DNA of 52,557 bases, taken from NCBI GenBank assembly GCA_943704425.1, contig CALSCP010001883.1, forward strand, positions 1 through 52,557, read 5' to 3'. The DNA is from Ministeria vibrans ATCC 50519. Taxonomy: Eukaryota; Protista; Filasterea. A program made the position numbers and the translations under genes. Shown piece after piece: positions 12,201 through 24,538 of the stretch; within the stretch, counting starts at the first letter, position 1; each line of letters opens with the position of its first letter. Under the pieces are notes generated by a model. The model was not told where the DNA came from and did not search any database. It worked only from the letters and a program-made list of their open reading frames with translations.

Positions 12201-12996
12201 TGAAAACATTGCGAGGGAGTTTATCCGTCAGCGCTACGCTCTGCTGCCTACTCTGACGGCTTTAGCACATCGCGCGAGCACTGAGGGACTCCCGCTCGTC
12301 CGTCGCTGTGACTACCAGTGGCCCACCCACCCAGAAGCGACCGTCTCCGATCAGTTTATGCTTGGCGAGGACATCTTTGTGGCGCCCATTGATCCCTTTG
12401 CTGTGGGACCTGATGTGATCGACATGGATCGCGATGGGTTTGCCGACTCCCGTTCGTTCTGGTTGCCTCCAGGCGAGTGGCACAACACGACGTCGGGTGA
12501 GGTGCTGACGGGCGGGCGTCGCATGACTGCAGCTGTGCCGCTTGACCAGATGATTGTGTACCATCGTGCGGGTGGACTGATTGCGACAATGGAGGTGAAG
12601 CAGAACACGCGCGCCATGGACTGGTCGCGCATCACGTTTGATGCGTACCCGACGTTTGACTCGCGTCTTGACACAGTGCGCTCGCTCGTTGACCGTTCCT
12701 CTCGTCCCTCTGCAATCTGCCAGCTGGGCGTGTCCATGACACATCCGGAGCGCAATATCACACATTTTTCATTCTCGCGTGTTGCCTGCGACGTCGACTA
12801 CGACACAACGCTCTTGCGTGTTTTCACTGTGCGCGTCCATCTCCCACCCGCTCTTTCAGTGGAGCGTGCCACTCTTGACAATATCCGCTCAGTCCCCTTC
12901 TCCATTCACCAGCAACACAGGCGCAACACTATCGTGTTTACACTGCCACCGCTTGATGACCGCGACGAGCATACTCTCGCAGTTGCCGTCGAATAA
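9201..12996 (+). CDS. Secreted glycoside hydrolase family 31 with an embedded PAN/Apple-like module, multi-exon
   Basis: Signal peptide; GLWFCWYHAYSQ; IPLDVASLDMDW; FPNMTQFIAWVH; GLDFWWYD; HRTPVWWTGD; PEVYVRWLAF; MRIHS; RQPW; RYALLP; DQFMLGEDIFVAP; WLPPGEW. Confidence 0.9.
11048..11230. repeat. Intronic minisatellite, ~64-bp unit x ~3
   Basis: ATTGAGAAAGAAAA...GAGGGTGTGTGTGTATT recurs at about 11064, 11128 and 11193. Confidence 0.7.
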
Positions 12997-13102
12997 AGGA
13001 AAGCGGCGAATAACTGAAAGACGAAGAAGAACACATTTCGGCAAATATTTTGGTTTCAATCAATCGAGAGCCACTTTAATATAAATCTATAGTAATCAAT
13101 TT

Positions 13103-14449
13103 TTACGCTTTGGAAAAGAGAAACGAGCGCCAACGACCAAACACACGCCAAATGTCATGGTGATGAGTGCTGTGTTGCTTTTTGGCCGGCCCAATGTTAA
13201 GTATAAGGGCTGACTCGACAGCGTTGTCGTCGGGCACAAACTCGGCAAAACGCACGGCGGGCCAGGGCTCGCGCTTGTGATTGACAAAGGGTGTGCGTCT
13301 CTCGAGGGACATGAGACGCACGTGTTCCTGGTCAGCGGCACGCCTCAGCAGGATCAAACCAAAGTGTAGGCTGCGCATAGCACTTCGCTGACGCTCGCTG
13401 TTGCCGTTGCCCTCCCTGTCCTTATCGCTGAGCACCTCGACGAGCGACGCGCTACACACACTGTAAGAATACACCCTCTTTTTTTTTCCCTCTCACGTAC
13501 ACATCTTCGCGAAGTCGCGACCGAATAGGTCCATGAAGAGTCGAGTAGGCGGCGTGGGAGATGTCAAGAAGACCGAGCTCAACAAGGAGCTGGTGGGCAC
13601 AGAGGCGAGCAAGAAGGCGAGAGGCACTGACGAGCAGCTGGAGCGAATTGAAGGAGACGAGTCCCTCATACTGGACACCGGGTGGTTGTCGTGCAAGGCC
13701 CGCCAAGTCACCCTCCCACTTGGCCGTGGCAGCATATTGCCGCGACATCTCACGCATAAGCTCACCCGCCATGTCCAGGTCGAGCGCAGAGATGTTGTTT
13801 ACCAGAGCGCACTCATACACAAGCGTCTCCAATTGCCTGTTGATTCGCAGCTTCTCTCGTGCCGCTGTCTGATCACTCTTGAACGCAAACACCTATAAAA
13901 CAAGAAAAAGAAATCAAGGAAGGTGAAGGCGTATATGCAGTGTCTAAACTTATTGTTATCAAATGATTATTAATGATTGTTATTGTTTCTTATGCTCTTA
14001 CTCTTTGGTAGTCTCTGGTCTTTCGCAGAGCACGCCACTCCTCAAAAGACGGTACAGCGGCACTGGTTCCAACACGAGCTTGCTCGGCTGCCAGCCAGGT
14101 CTCATAGCGCGACTGTGAGAAGGCGTCCTCGGACTGTGTCTCGGGCGCGAGTCCTCCCCTGCCGCCGCACACACAGCCGGGTGTGCCCATGCAGCACCAG
14201 TAGAAGTTGCACGCACACCGTCGGCACCGCATATGGTTGCATCCGCCGTTTTTTTCCACTGGCATTAAGCACTGCGGACAATCTTTGGTGCGCTCTGCAA
14301 GGAATCGTGCTAGAAAAACAATTAGAAACAACCCATTTATGAGAAAAACAATTAGAAGAAGAAGAATACAACCTATTTATTAGAAAACAATTCGAAGAAG
14401 AATACATTTAATGATGCAGAAAAACAATAATGATTATTATTAATAAAAA

Positions 14450-14480
<31 letters not shown>

Positions 14481-15832
14481 TTAACTAATATTTTATTGTT
14501 CATACCTGTTGCTACGTCAGCGGCACTATGACCAATTAGAGAGACGGTTCCTACGGCCGAGTCTAGAATGGGTTTAAGGGCGGCAGAGACGACTCGCCAG
14601 AGAGCACAGGTGAGCGGAGCATGAGCCTGCTGACGACAGTGCACGCAAAAGGCATAGGCACAGGCAGCACAAGTTGCTGTGCTGCGGCCTTCGTCAAGAC
14701 CCACCAGTGCGCTACACCTAGGATAGGCACAGGGAACCACGTCACAGTTGCGGATCGCCGTGGCGCTCAGCTCGTCCACCATGGCGTCGTACTGGACAAC
14801 AGGGTCGGGGGCACCTTTGGCGTTGTCAGTTCCCCGCGTGAGCACGGCAACGACAAGGTCGCGTGGAAGGTACTCGCCACCCTTGGTGCAGGCGGGGCAT
14901 GCAAACGGAGGCCGCAAGGACACGTCGCCGACGGCATCGCGCATGGCCGAGCCCACATAGCCCGCAAGACACGACTGGTGTATCTGATGTTGGCAAAACG
15001 GCACGGTGAGCACTGGGTCGTCATCGTCGGTCACGTCGCCGTCGCCGTCCGTCTCGTCAAAGCACACGGGACACACGTGGACCGGATGATCGCCGGTGTT
15101 CTCGGGGGGCGATGCCAGGACACTCTCGACTGTGGCGAGTGCATCGTAGTGATGTTGTTGAAGAAAAGTGCGCGCGCGATACACACTCATTTTCAGGCAG
15201 TCTTGTGAGAGAATCATACCGTTAAACACAAGGCACCACAACACAATAGGTAGAGCGCATACCTGCCACTTGCTGTTCTTTGTGTCGCCGCAGAAGACGC
15301 GCTTCGTTGGGCGGGACCACTTCGTTGAGCGGCTGAAGCATAATGCGCGGTTCGATTCGACCAGTCTCTGTGTCGCCTGTGGCGGCGTCGTCGTCGTCCA
15401 ACGCAAAGTCGCCGTACACGTCATCATCAATGTCGTCGCCTAACAGGTCGCTGGGATCGACAGCATTTGAGTTGGCGACCTTTAGTCATAAAGAAAACAC
15501 AAAATTTTTTAATAGTTATTATGAACTCTTTGACGCGAAAGCAAGTCAGAGAGAACACAAGCGTCGCCGAAAGAGCAACAAGGCACATTATAATAGAGCG
15601 TTGAATGTGACGAGGGCAAACGAAGCAGAGACGGGGGTCTTGGGGTGCGGGAGACGACAGTCGTGGCAGAATACACGTCGACGTTTCATCGACCTACTCG
15701 CTTCGACTGCTTTGGGCAGAGACAGATCTGAAGCGATCTTTTTGCTTTCCTCTGCAACGGCAAGCACACCATTCAACTGCAGCATGCAAGGCAGATCAGC
15801 AACGAATCAAGGGGTCTTACCAAGAAGTTCAT
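13103..15832 (-). CDS. Ariadne-like RBR (RING1-IBR-RING2) E3 ubiquitin ligase, multi-exon; 5' end uncertain
   Basis: Acidic N-terminal region; RING1 CPVC...CQHQIHQSC...CPAC; IBR CAYPRC...CAACAYAFCVHCRQQAHAPLTC; RING2 TKDCPQCLMPVEKNGGCNHMRC with the catalytic Cys; helical C-terminus. Confidence 0.82.
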
Positions 15833-16037
15833 GGTAGATAAGAAAAAAGTGATCGTTCCATTGATGATTCGCCTCCAATAGTAGTTTGACGATGGGCAAA
15901 GACTTAGCTTCACTGCGGAGTCAGTATGTAGGACACAGGAGCGAGAGCTGTTAGCTGAGGAATGAGGAGACGCCGCGGAGCCAGAAGAACGAATCAAGTA
16001 TCAATCAAGTATCAGTGATCACTCATTTTCTTTTGCG

Positions 16038-16927
16038 ATGTGGCAAATATACGCAGCCGTCGCAACAGTGCTGGCGATGATATTGGCAGCGATGAGGCTG
16101 TTTGGTGGAGGAAAGGGAGCGGTTGCGGAAGCGACACGCAACGATGATGTTGGGACAGGCGAACTTCCACGAAGACTACGAGAGGAGGCTGTGCGACCCG
16201 GACGGGCGCGCGGGAACCCTCAGGGAGTAGCAGCAGCAGCAGAAGAGAGCGACAGCGAGGGAGAGGGCGGTGCGGTGGCCGAAGACGACGAGATTGACTA
16301 CACGAAGATGGGAAAGAAGAAGGCGATGAAGATGCAGGCCAAGGCGGAGCGCAAGGCCGCCCACGAGGCCATGCTGGCGCAGCAGGAAGACCGGAGGGCG
16401 CGCGAAGAGCTGCGTGAGGAGGAGCGCAAGACACGCGAGGCTGAGGAGGCGGCCGAGGCGGCGCGCGAAGCCGAAGAGGAGCGCAAGCGACTGGAGGAGA
16501 TTGCACGACAGGAAGAAGAGCTGTACCAGTCGCTCAAAGGGGAGTTCTCCGTCGAAGAGAGCGGTACAATCGAAGACGAGAATACTGAAGAGAAACTCGA
16601 GCAGTTTATTGAGTATGTCGAATCCGAAAAAGTAAGAAAGAAGAAACAATGTGCGCCAAGGGAGATGATTGTGTTTTTCAGGTGGTGTACGTCGAGCAAT
16701 TGGCGGCGAAATTTCGTCTGACGTCGACAGCAGTTGTGGCACGACTGCGCGAACTTGAAGAAATGGGGCGGATCACAGGGATTCTGGACGACCGAGGCAA
16801 GTTTGTGTTCATCTCGCGCGCTGAGCTGGACGCAGTGGTGCGGTTTGTGCGTCAGAGAGGGCGCGTGTCCATTGCGGACCTTGCCGCCGAGAGCAACCGC
16901 CTCATCAAGCTGGAAGGGGTTGCGTAG
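16038..16927 (+). CDS. DDRGK1: DDRGK domain-containing protein 1 (UFBP1, UFM1 pathway); intron 16632-16681
   Basis: N-terminal TM anchor, coiled coil, FSVEESG, FIEYVESEK|VVYVEQLAAKF, GILDDRGKFVFIS, GRVSIADLAAESN. Confidence 0.95.
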
Positions 16928-16958
16928 GACACACGTGCAGAAAGAGAGAAGAGAAGAG

Positions 16959-16993
<35 letters not shown>

Positions 16994-17058
16994 AGAAGAA
17001 GATGAAGAAGAGACAGTGTAGATTGAAATCGGTCAGGTTTATTACAAAGGCGTTTGGG

Positions 17059-18054
17059 TTAAGGTGTGAAGAAGAGCGACGGCTGCTGTTGCTGCAGCTG
17101 GCGCACTGCCTCGTCTGCCCGTGACCGCAGCACATTGATCGATGCGCGAAACCGCTCAGCGCGACGACGGCTGTCCTCGAGCCAACTGTAGCAAAATCGG
17201 TGTCAGACACACACAAACGCACACACACACACTCTCTCTCTCCTCTCATACATTTTGTCACAATCGCGCCAATGCAGGACATTGTCGCGTAGAAGCGCAT
17301 CGTGGTTTGCAGTTTGCGGTGCAACAGCGGCATCAAAACGGGCAGCGTCAAAGGAGGGTGTTGGCGGGACAGATAGTGGCGGAGGTGTCGGGCTGGTCGG
17401 CCGCGGAAGCTCAAACTCCGCCTCTTGTGGCTCGGGACTCGGTGTCTACACCAATGGTTTAGCACGACATTGCTTATCGGTTGCATCGTCGTACCCGGTG
17501 TGTGTCAGTGTTGCTGTTTTTCATCCAACTGCGTGCCAGGGTGTACACAGTCGCATCTGCCAAAGGGTGCATCAGGGGTTCATTTCAATTGTTTTAGCTC
17601 CCTTACCTGCACTAAACTTGACCAGATTGATACTTCTGTCAAAGTAGGTCACTGTCGTCTCGGTCGCACCGTTTTCTAATACAAACGCACACACTGTAAG
17701 AAGTCCGAACCCTTCGACGTTCGCTCGAGAGTACGTCTTCGGATCATCGACGTGACCTTGCGCTTGCGTCGCCCCACGGCCGACGGCGATCTTCCGTCAG
17801 AGCCCTTTAATGGTGACGACGACGCTCGTCGACCCGATGCACTTGCTGCAGCCTCGGAGGCTTCGCGGCGGGCGCTAACAAGAAGAGTTTTGAAAAGTAT
17901 CGTTTGAAACATTGGACTGTTCTCACCCTTCGAGGACTTTCTCCTCTCCCTGGCGAATCTCCGCATCCACTCGTTGTCTTAGTGCTCCTGCAATCACACC
18001 GTTGGAAAGGTTAGCCAGACGGCTCAGAGACATTGAAAGAATCGTACTTGACAT
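17059..18054 (-). CDS. LIN37: LIN37-like (MuvB/DREAM subunit), ~6 small exons
   Basis: Spliced TYFDRSINLVKFSADATVYTLARSWMKN matches the LIN37 core (LFDRSVDLAQF..TPLYPICRAWMRN); C-terminal LLRDNVLHWRDCDKIWLEDSRRRAERFRASINVLR matches the LIN37 terminal helix. Confidence 0.8.
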
Positions 18055-18372
18055 GATGGTTATTTCGAAGGTTGAAGAAGTTGAGAATCGAGAGCACACG
18101 AGAGAGAACTGTCAAGAAAAGCCAGAACCTTCAACCTTGAGCTGAAAGCGCAAAATTTCAACAAGAAGAGACGAAATTGATCACAAAATACAAATTGATC
18201 ACCCTAGTTGATCTTCGTTTATTGTTGAACTTGAAAATTGAAATTAAAATTTCTGCTCTCTACGCTTCAGTCTTCACAGATACATACATCATCACACACA
18301 CGCACACACGCACACCGTCAGCCACACACCCCAGCAGCCTCCGCCGCCATCCGCCCCTCCGCCATTTCCGAC

Positions 18373-18658
18373 ATGAGTTCGGCAGCCGTTACATCGCCCG
18401 CCGCGCCAACGTAAGCGTTTTACACGTTTCCCAAGTCGCAATCGTCACCGCACACCCCTAATGTTGGCGGAGAACCCAACTTGCCCCCGACAATGAGGCG
18501 CCATTTTTGAAAAAGAAGCAGAAAAAATGTCTTGATGATCTTCCTTGTCCGTTAGACTCTCTTGCGAAGGGTGTCGGACGCCCCTGTCACGCGGCAAGAG
18601 GCGCTTCTGCTCGAGGTCGTGCGCAGGACGCTCGGCGACCACTCCTAAGCACCCGACC

Positions 18659-18708
<50 letters not shown>

Positions 18709-21700
18709 GACAGCAACGGCAGCAACGACATCAACAGAAGATTTACCAGCAGATTTGGCCGACCTCTCCATGGAACTTGCGCTTGCCACCAGCATTCCCT
18801 TGGGCGACTTTAGCTCCAACGAAGTCAGCACCACCACCTTGCCCTTCTCGCTGTCTCCATCGCTGGTGGCGCTCACCAAACGCGACTCCCCCGATCGCCG
18901 TTCGCGCAGCAGTCTCAACGCCAGCGCGCTCTTGAGTGCCAACCTGCCCGCTCTGGTCCTGTCCGCCTCCAACACCACCAATGCGACTACCACAACGGCC
19001 ACCAGCAATGGCTCTCTAGATGCCGCTCCCGAGAGTTCCATGGCAGCAACCGCCACAGCCGCCGCCGCTGCCTCAACTCCGGCCAAGCGAGCGCCTCCGA
19101 CCATTGGCAGTGGCGCTCTCAAGCCGATCACTGCCTCGCCCAAGAAACGTCCGCCACCCCCTCGCCCACGGCTCGTCTCTCTCTCTACCCAACAGCCAAG
19201 TACAGTTGTAGCACCGCCGACACCAAATCTTCTGGAAGAACACAAGGAGGAAGTTGAAGGTGAAGAAGGAGACAACGATAGCGAAGCACCGCGCAGTCTG
19301 CGCCAACGGCACGGCGGCAAAGCAGTCACGGGGTTTGGGCGTCAAATCACTTCTCACGTTGGCGAGCAAGTTCTCATTACCACCACCACCGTCGCCACTA
19401 CCAATAGTACAGGCACAAGAACCAGCACCAGCACAGGATCGTCTCTCAAAGGCTCCTCCTCTTCCTGGCGCAGCAGCAACGGCACACGCCACACCGAACA
19501 CAAAGAGACCTTTAGCATTCAGCCCATCACAGCCATGCATGCCAACGACATGGACTTCTTTGAGGACGCCCGCCGCATCACCGACCCATGGCGCGCCGAG
19601 TGGGACCGTGCCATCCAGGTGCCCGACAACGAGTTCGCTCCGCCCCTCACCAAGCTGCGTCGTCTCGAGGAGCCATTGCCCTCCAAAACTCCCACCGGCA
19701 CACTGCCACCACCACCACCACCGCAACAACAACAGCAACAATCCTTTGAGCTGCCACAGACGTACATTCGCTTTAAGGAACCCGAAGTAGACGATGCCGT
19801 TGACGACGACGACACCAGCGACCCACCACCACCACAGAGCGACAACAACAACAACAACAACAATGCCACAGCGACGACGACAACGACTACCACTACTATC
19901 ACTGTTCCTGTCGTTGCTGCTGTAGCCATCGAGGGCCCTGCTGTTGTCGAACGATACGATCTGGACGAGCTCGACGAGTGTTGGCTGGACGAGTACAATG
20001 CACATGTGGTCACCGACGACCTTCGCATTGACGCAGCGACTCTCGAGAACACACTGCTGGCCTTTGAGACGACCATGCACGTGTTTGTCACTGATCAACT
20101 CAAGAAAGAGCCGTCGCCCGAAGAACTGAGACGCTCGGCGGACGCCTCACTTGCCACAGTCTGTCATGTGTGTCATCAGACGGACTACGATCACATGTAT
20201 GTAACATGATTAGTATGCTGTAGACTCAATTTTAAATCTTTTCGCGTAGCGTTGAAGTGCTGTTTTGTGACATGTGCAATGTGGCGGTGCACACGACGTG
20301 CTATGGGGTGGTGAATGCGCCGGAGGGGCGGTGGCTGTGCTTCCGGTGCACTGTGGGCGAGACAGACGCAACATGTGTGTTGTGTGGGGAGCAAGGGGGT
20401 GCGATGAAGGTATGCGAGGGGCCCGGGTGCCAGTGGGCGCACCTGTGCTGTGCGCTGTGGGTGCCTGAGACGGGAGTGGGCAATGTGTCTAGCATGGAGC
20501 CAGTGGTGGGCGTGGGGTTGGTGCCCGAGGACCGGTGGCTGCTCGAGTGTGATGTGTGTGGCGGGTCTGGCGCGTGCATTCAGTGCCAGGCGCCCGGTTG
20601 TGTCACCGCCTTTCACGTCACGTGCGGCTACAGCGCATGTAACCACATGAAGATGAAGGAGGGCTCTTCTAACACGGTCATTCACGAGGCCTTTTGTGCG
20701 TTCCACTCGACGCGTGCTCAGCAGGCGTTTCTGCGCAAGAGCACCCACAAGACCCCGTCCAAGGCTCAGGCACGTCTCGCTGCCATCTCAGCCGCGGCAT
20801 CGGCGGCCGCTGCAGATCCCTTTGAGCCGGGATCGCCGCCCAAGAAGAAGCGCGGACGCCCGCGTCTGCACCCACTATCGCCGGAAGAAGAGGCGGCGCG
20901 CCTGATTGCAGCAGAGGCCAAGGCAGAGGCCAAGCGACAGGCGGCTGAGGCGGCGGCGGCAGTTGCCGCCGCCGCTGACAAGAACGACGACCCGTCAACG
21001 CGTGCCGCCACGTCGCCCCTGGTCACGCAACTGGCGCGTGCGCGGCTGCTGCAGCAGACCTTTAGCGATATTGTTAATGTCCAACATGCTCCTGCGGGGG
21101 TGCCGCGTCTGGCTGCGCGTGCCATACTTGCGTACTGGGCGTGTCGGCGAGCGGAGCGCGGGGGACGGCCGCTCATGCGCGAATATGCGCTGCGCGACCA
21201 AGTCTCATCGGTGCGCTCGAGCTTGCAGCGTCTCCCACCCGCCGCTCAGTACGCCGTTCTCAGGCGCATTCGTCAAAGTCTTGAGTTTATACGGTCGCTG
21301 GTGGTGCTGGTGCAGCGACGCGAGCGGATCAAGATGTCGCTGTCGCGGACAATGCATGAGCTGTGGAGGGCGCAGTTGCTGGCACGGGCGGGGGTTGTGA
21401 TTGAGGGGGAAGAAAAGAAGGAGGGGAAGGAAACAACGGAGACGAAGCAGGAAGTGGAAGAGAAGGAGAAGGAGAAGGAGAAGGAGAAGGAGGAGGAGAA
21501 TAAAGCGGAGGAGAAGAAAGTGGAGGAGAAGGAGGAGGTCGTCGTGGTGGTGGTTGAAGAGGGCACACCGTCGCCAAGGAAGCGAGGACGACCGCGTAAA
21601 ATTGATGGAGGAGGAGGAGAGAAGAAGGGAAAGACGAAAAAGACGAAGAAGGCAAAGGTAGAGGAGGAAGAGGAAGAAAGGGAAAAGGAGGAGGAGTCAA

Positions 21701-21984
21701 AAGGCAAGAAGAAAGCAGGTCAAAAACGTAAGGTAGAGGAGGAGGAAGTGACGAAGGGGAAGAAGGAGGCGGGTAAGAAACGCAAGAACGAGGAGGAGGA
21801 GGAGGAGGAGGAGGAGGAGACGCCAAGGGCCAAGAGAACGCGCACAGAGACCGCCGACAAGACTTCGGAGCGCATGGGAGGCAGCGCTAAGGCAAAGACG
21901 AAGAAGAGCAAGACGCCCCTGTCGATCAAGGTGCGTCCTCTGGAGGCGTACTTTCAAAAGAATAAAAACAATGATGTAAATTAA
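18373..21984 (+). CDS. JADE/BRPF/Nto1-like MYST-complex scaffold (EPL1 + PHD-Zn knuckle-PHD) with N-terminal FCS-like zinc finger and two AT-hooks
   Basis: YDLDELDECWL (EPL1); CHVC..LFCDMCNVAVHTTCYG..WLCFRC; CVLC..GGAMK..WAHLCCALWVPE; CDVC..GACIQC..CVTAFHVTC..FCAFH; YWACRR..LRRIRQSLEFIRSL..RRERIK; KRGRPR twice. Introns about 18411-18555 and 20199-20249. Confidence 0.88.
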
Positions 21985-22303
21985 ATTTTCATTACTATAC
22001 CGATTCATTCAGTATATCTTCGGAAACAGTACACCAGAAGTTGGTCTCTGGCGGAAGCATTGTGCATTACTGTTTTTTTTTTCTACGTGCTGAGTCTTGT
22101 TCCTAATACGGAGTACACTTTTACACACACTTTTAACTTCATCCGAATCAAAAGAATAACATCATTATTAGAAAAAATAGAAAACAATTAATAGTGAATG
22201 TTAATCGAGAGCTGTACTCAATAAAATAATAATAATGGAAAAAAGAAAGGTACAAAATTGTGACATGTAATCGGAGTAGTGAAAACAATTAGTTGTAAGA
22301 GCG

Positions 22304-22799
22304 TTAGCCGATTGCAACACCGTTGAAGCAGAAGGAGGAGGCACTGCAGGCAACGCAAAAGGCACAGTTGGCAGAGGCAACGGAGAAGACGGAGTTGATG
22401 GAGAAGAGGGCGCAGAAGCTGTTGATGGAGAAGAAGGAGAAGAAGGCGTTGACGGCAAAGATGGAAAAGAGGGCGTTGACGCCGACGAGGACGAGGAAGG
22501 CGTTGATGCCGAAGATGGAGAACATGGCGTTGCGACTGCGGTACGAGTACAGGGTGCGCGTGCGGCTCTTGAGGCACAGTGCGCGCGAAATGTCAAGGCT
22601 GTGGTCATTGTGGCTACCACTGGCGCACCCTGCGCTGTACACGGGAGCCTTTTCGCTGTCGAAGCTCTAGATGAGAAGGATCGAATGAATGGGGGCGAGC
22701 AGGGGTGGATAGGCGGAAAGGGGAGGGCGTCAGGGGCCAGAGCGAAGGGGGACTTCCCCGGCGTTGTTTGTATTACACGAGACGTACTTCAGAGGTCAT
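22304..22799 (-). CDS. Small protein with hydrophobic 9-residue tandem repeats (2 exons)
   Basis: ATG ACC TCT GAA|gtacgt...ctag|AGC TTC gives MTSE-SFDSEKAPVY...NAMFSIFGI-NAFLVLVGV-NALFSIFAV-NAFFSFFSI-NSFCALFSI-NSVFSVASA-NCAFCVACS-ASSFCFNGVAIG*; strong C-ending codon bias on this strand. Confidence 0.7.
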
Positions 22800-23796
22800 T
22801 TTGGGCTCACAAGTCACAAAGTCACAATAATTGCTTTATTTGCTGGGAAAGTAGGAATTATTATTATTATTATTATTATTAATAATTAGAAGAAGAAGAA
22901 TACAACCCATTTATTGATGATACAGTCACCACGCGAAGACACAGCCAGACCGCCTTGCAAACTCGACCGAAACTCTAGAGGTAACATGGGAGAACAGTGG
23001 CAGGTCATAGTGCTGTGTCGACGCTATCCAGTGAGGCAATCGCAATGGTACGCCATACCCCCAGAGGAGGCTTAGGGCTCTGACACCATGAAGGTGTCTG
23101 TCGGCAAGGAGTGTAAAGTCGAAGTCGTGGTTGAGGCAATCGGATCGGTGGTCGGCGGCGGCAAGTCCANNNNNNNNNNNNNNNNNNNNNNNNNNNNNNN
23201 NNNNNNNNNNNNNNNNNNNNNNNNNNNNNNNNNNNNNNNNNNNNNNNNNNNNNNNNNNNNNNNNNNNNNNNNNNNNNNNNNNNNNNNNNNNNNNNNNNNN
23301 NNNNNNNNNNNNNNNNNNNNNNNNNNNNNNNNNNNNNNNNNNNNNNNNNNNNNNNNNNNNNNNNNNNNNNNNNNNNNNNNNNNNNNNNNNNNNNNNNNNN
23401 NNNNNNNNNNNNNNNNNNNNNNNNNNNNNNNNNNNNNNNNNNNNNNNNNNNNNNNNNNNNNNNNNNNNNNNNNNNNNNNNNNNNNNNNNNNNNNNNNNNN
23501 NNNNNNNNNNNNNNNNNNNNNNNNNNNNNNNNNNNNNNNNNNNNNNNNNNNNNNNNNNNNNNNNNNNNNNNNNNNNNNNNNNNNNNNNNNNNNNNNNNNN
23601 NNNNNNNNNNNNNNNNNNNNNNNNNNNNNNNNNNNNNNNNNNNNNNNNNNNNNNNNNNNNNNNNNNNNNNNNNNNNNNNNNNNNNNNNNNNNNNNNNNNN
23701 NNNNNNNNNNNNNNNNNNNNNNNNNNNNNNNNNNNNNNNNNNNNNNNNNNNNNNNNNNNNNNNNNNNNNNNNNNNNNNNNNNNNNNNNNNNNNNNN

Positions 23797-23904
<108 letters not shown>

Positions 23905-23919
23905 GCAAATCCGTCCATC

Positions 23920-24296
23920 TCACACCAGGTCACCCTTGCTAGTGTCAACAACCCCTCTCCCTCTGAGCCCAAAACGGAGCCCCTCTCTTCTCTGTTTCGT
24001 GAAAAAAGTTCACACTCAAAGTCGATTCGTACCCAAAGTCGCTTGCACTCCTTGTAATCGTCAAACAGATGCTGGCAGTGGTCATCCCCATAGCCGTATT
24101 TCTAGATGAGCCGCAGCAAACAAGGGTAAGCAGCCAAAGGAAGCGGAGAAGAGGCAACACAAACCTCAAGGCATCGCATTGATCGTTTCTTTTCGTCGCG
24201 ACAGAAGACTCCCAGGTTTAACGGGTCTTCAAGGTGGTTCGATCGAAAGGGGCCCTTTGCTCTGGGAGGCTGGTCGTCGCTTTCAGAAGTCGGCAT
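23920..24296 (-). CDS. COX23: Twin CX9C mitochondrial intermembrane-space protein, COX23/CHCHD7-like; last exon uncertain
   Basis: Spliced FC-RDEKKRSMR-C-LE|KYGYGDDH-C-QHLFDDYKE-C-KRLW, i.e. CX9C-X10-CX9C ending in CK..W as in Cox23/CHCHD7. Confidence 0.75.
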
Positions 24297-24538
24297 GAAT
24301 AAATTGTGTGAAATAAAGACTGAATGACTGATCACTAAAGTCTGTCAATTTGTTTTTAGGTCTCTCTCTTGATCTCCATTTTCCAGATCAAGCTTAAGGA
24401 GGACGATAAACAAATGGGTTGGCCAGAGTAAAGATTTCGGGAAAAAAAGAAAAAGAAAAGAGTCACGAGAAAATCTTTGTGAAATCTGTGAATCCAGAGA
24501 TGTTCCTGAACCAGAGATGTTTCATTCAAAGGAGGTTG

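Noticed and set aside
22323-22670. + strand Lys/Glu-rich ORF with 9-aa periodicity
   Set aside because: Non-ATG start; it is the antisense shadow of the - strand repeat gene, which has an ATG, an intron and typical codon bias.
22920-23169. GC-richer segment before the gap as a coding exon
   Set aside because: No recognisable motif in any frame and truncated by Ns.
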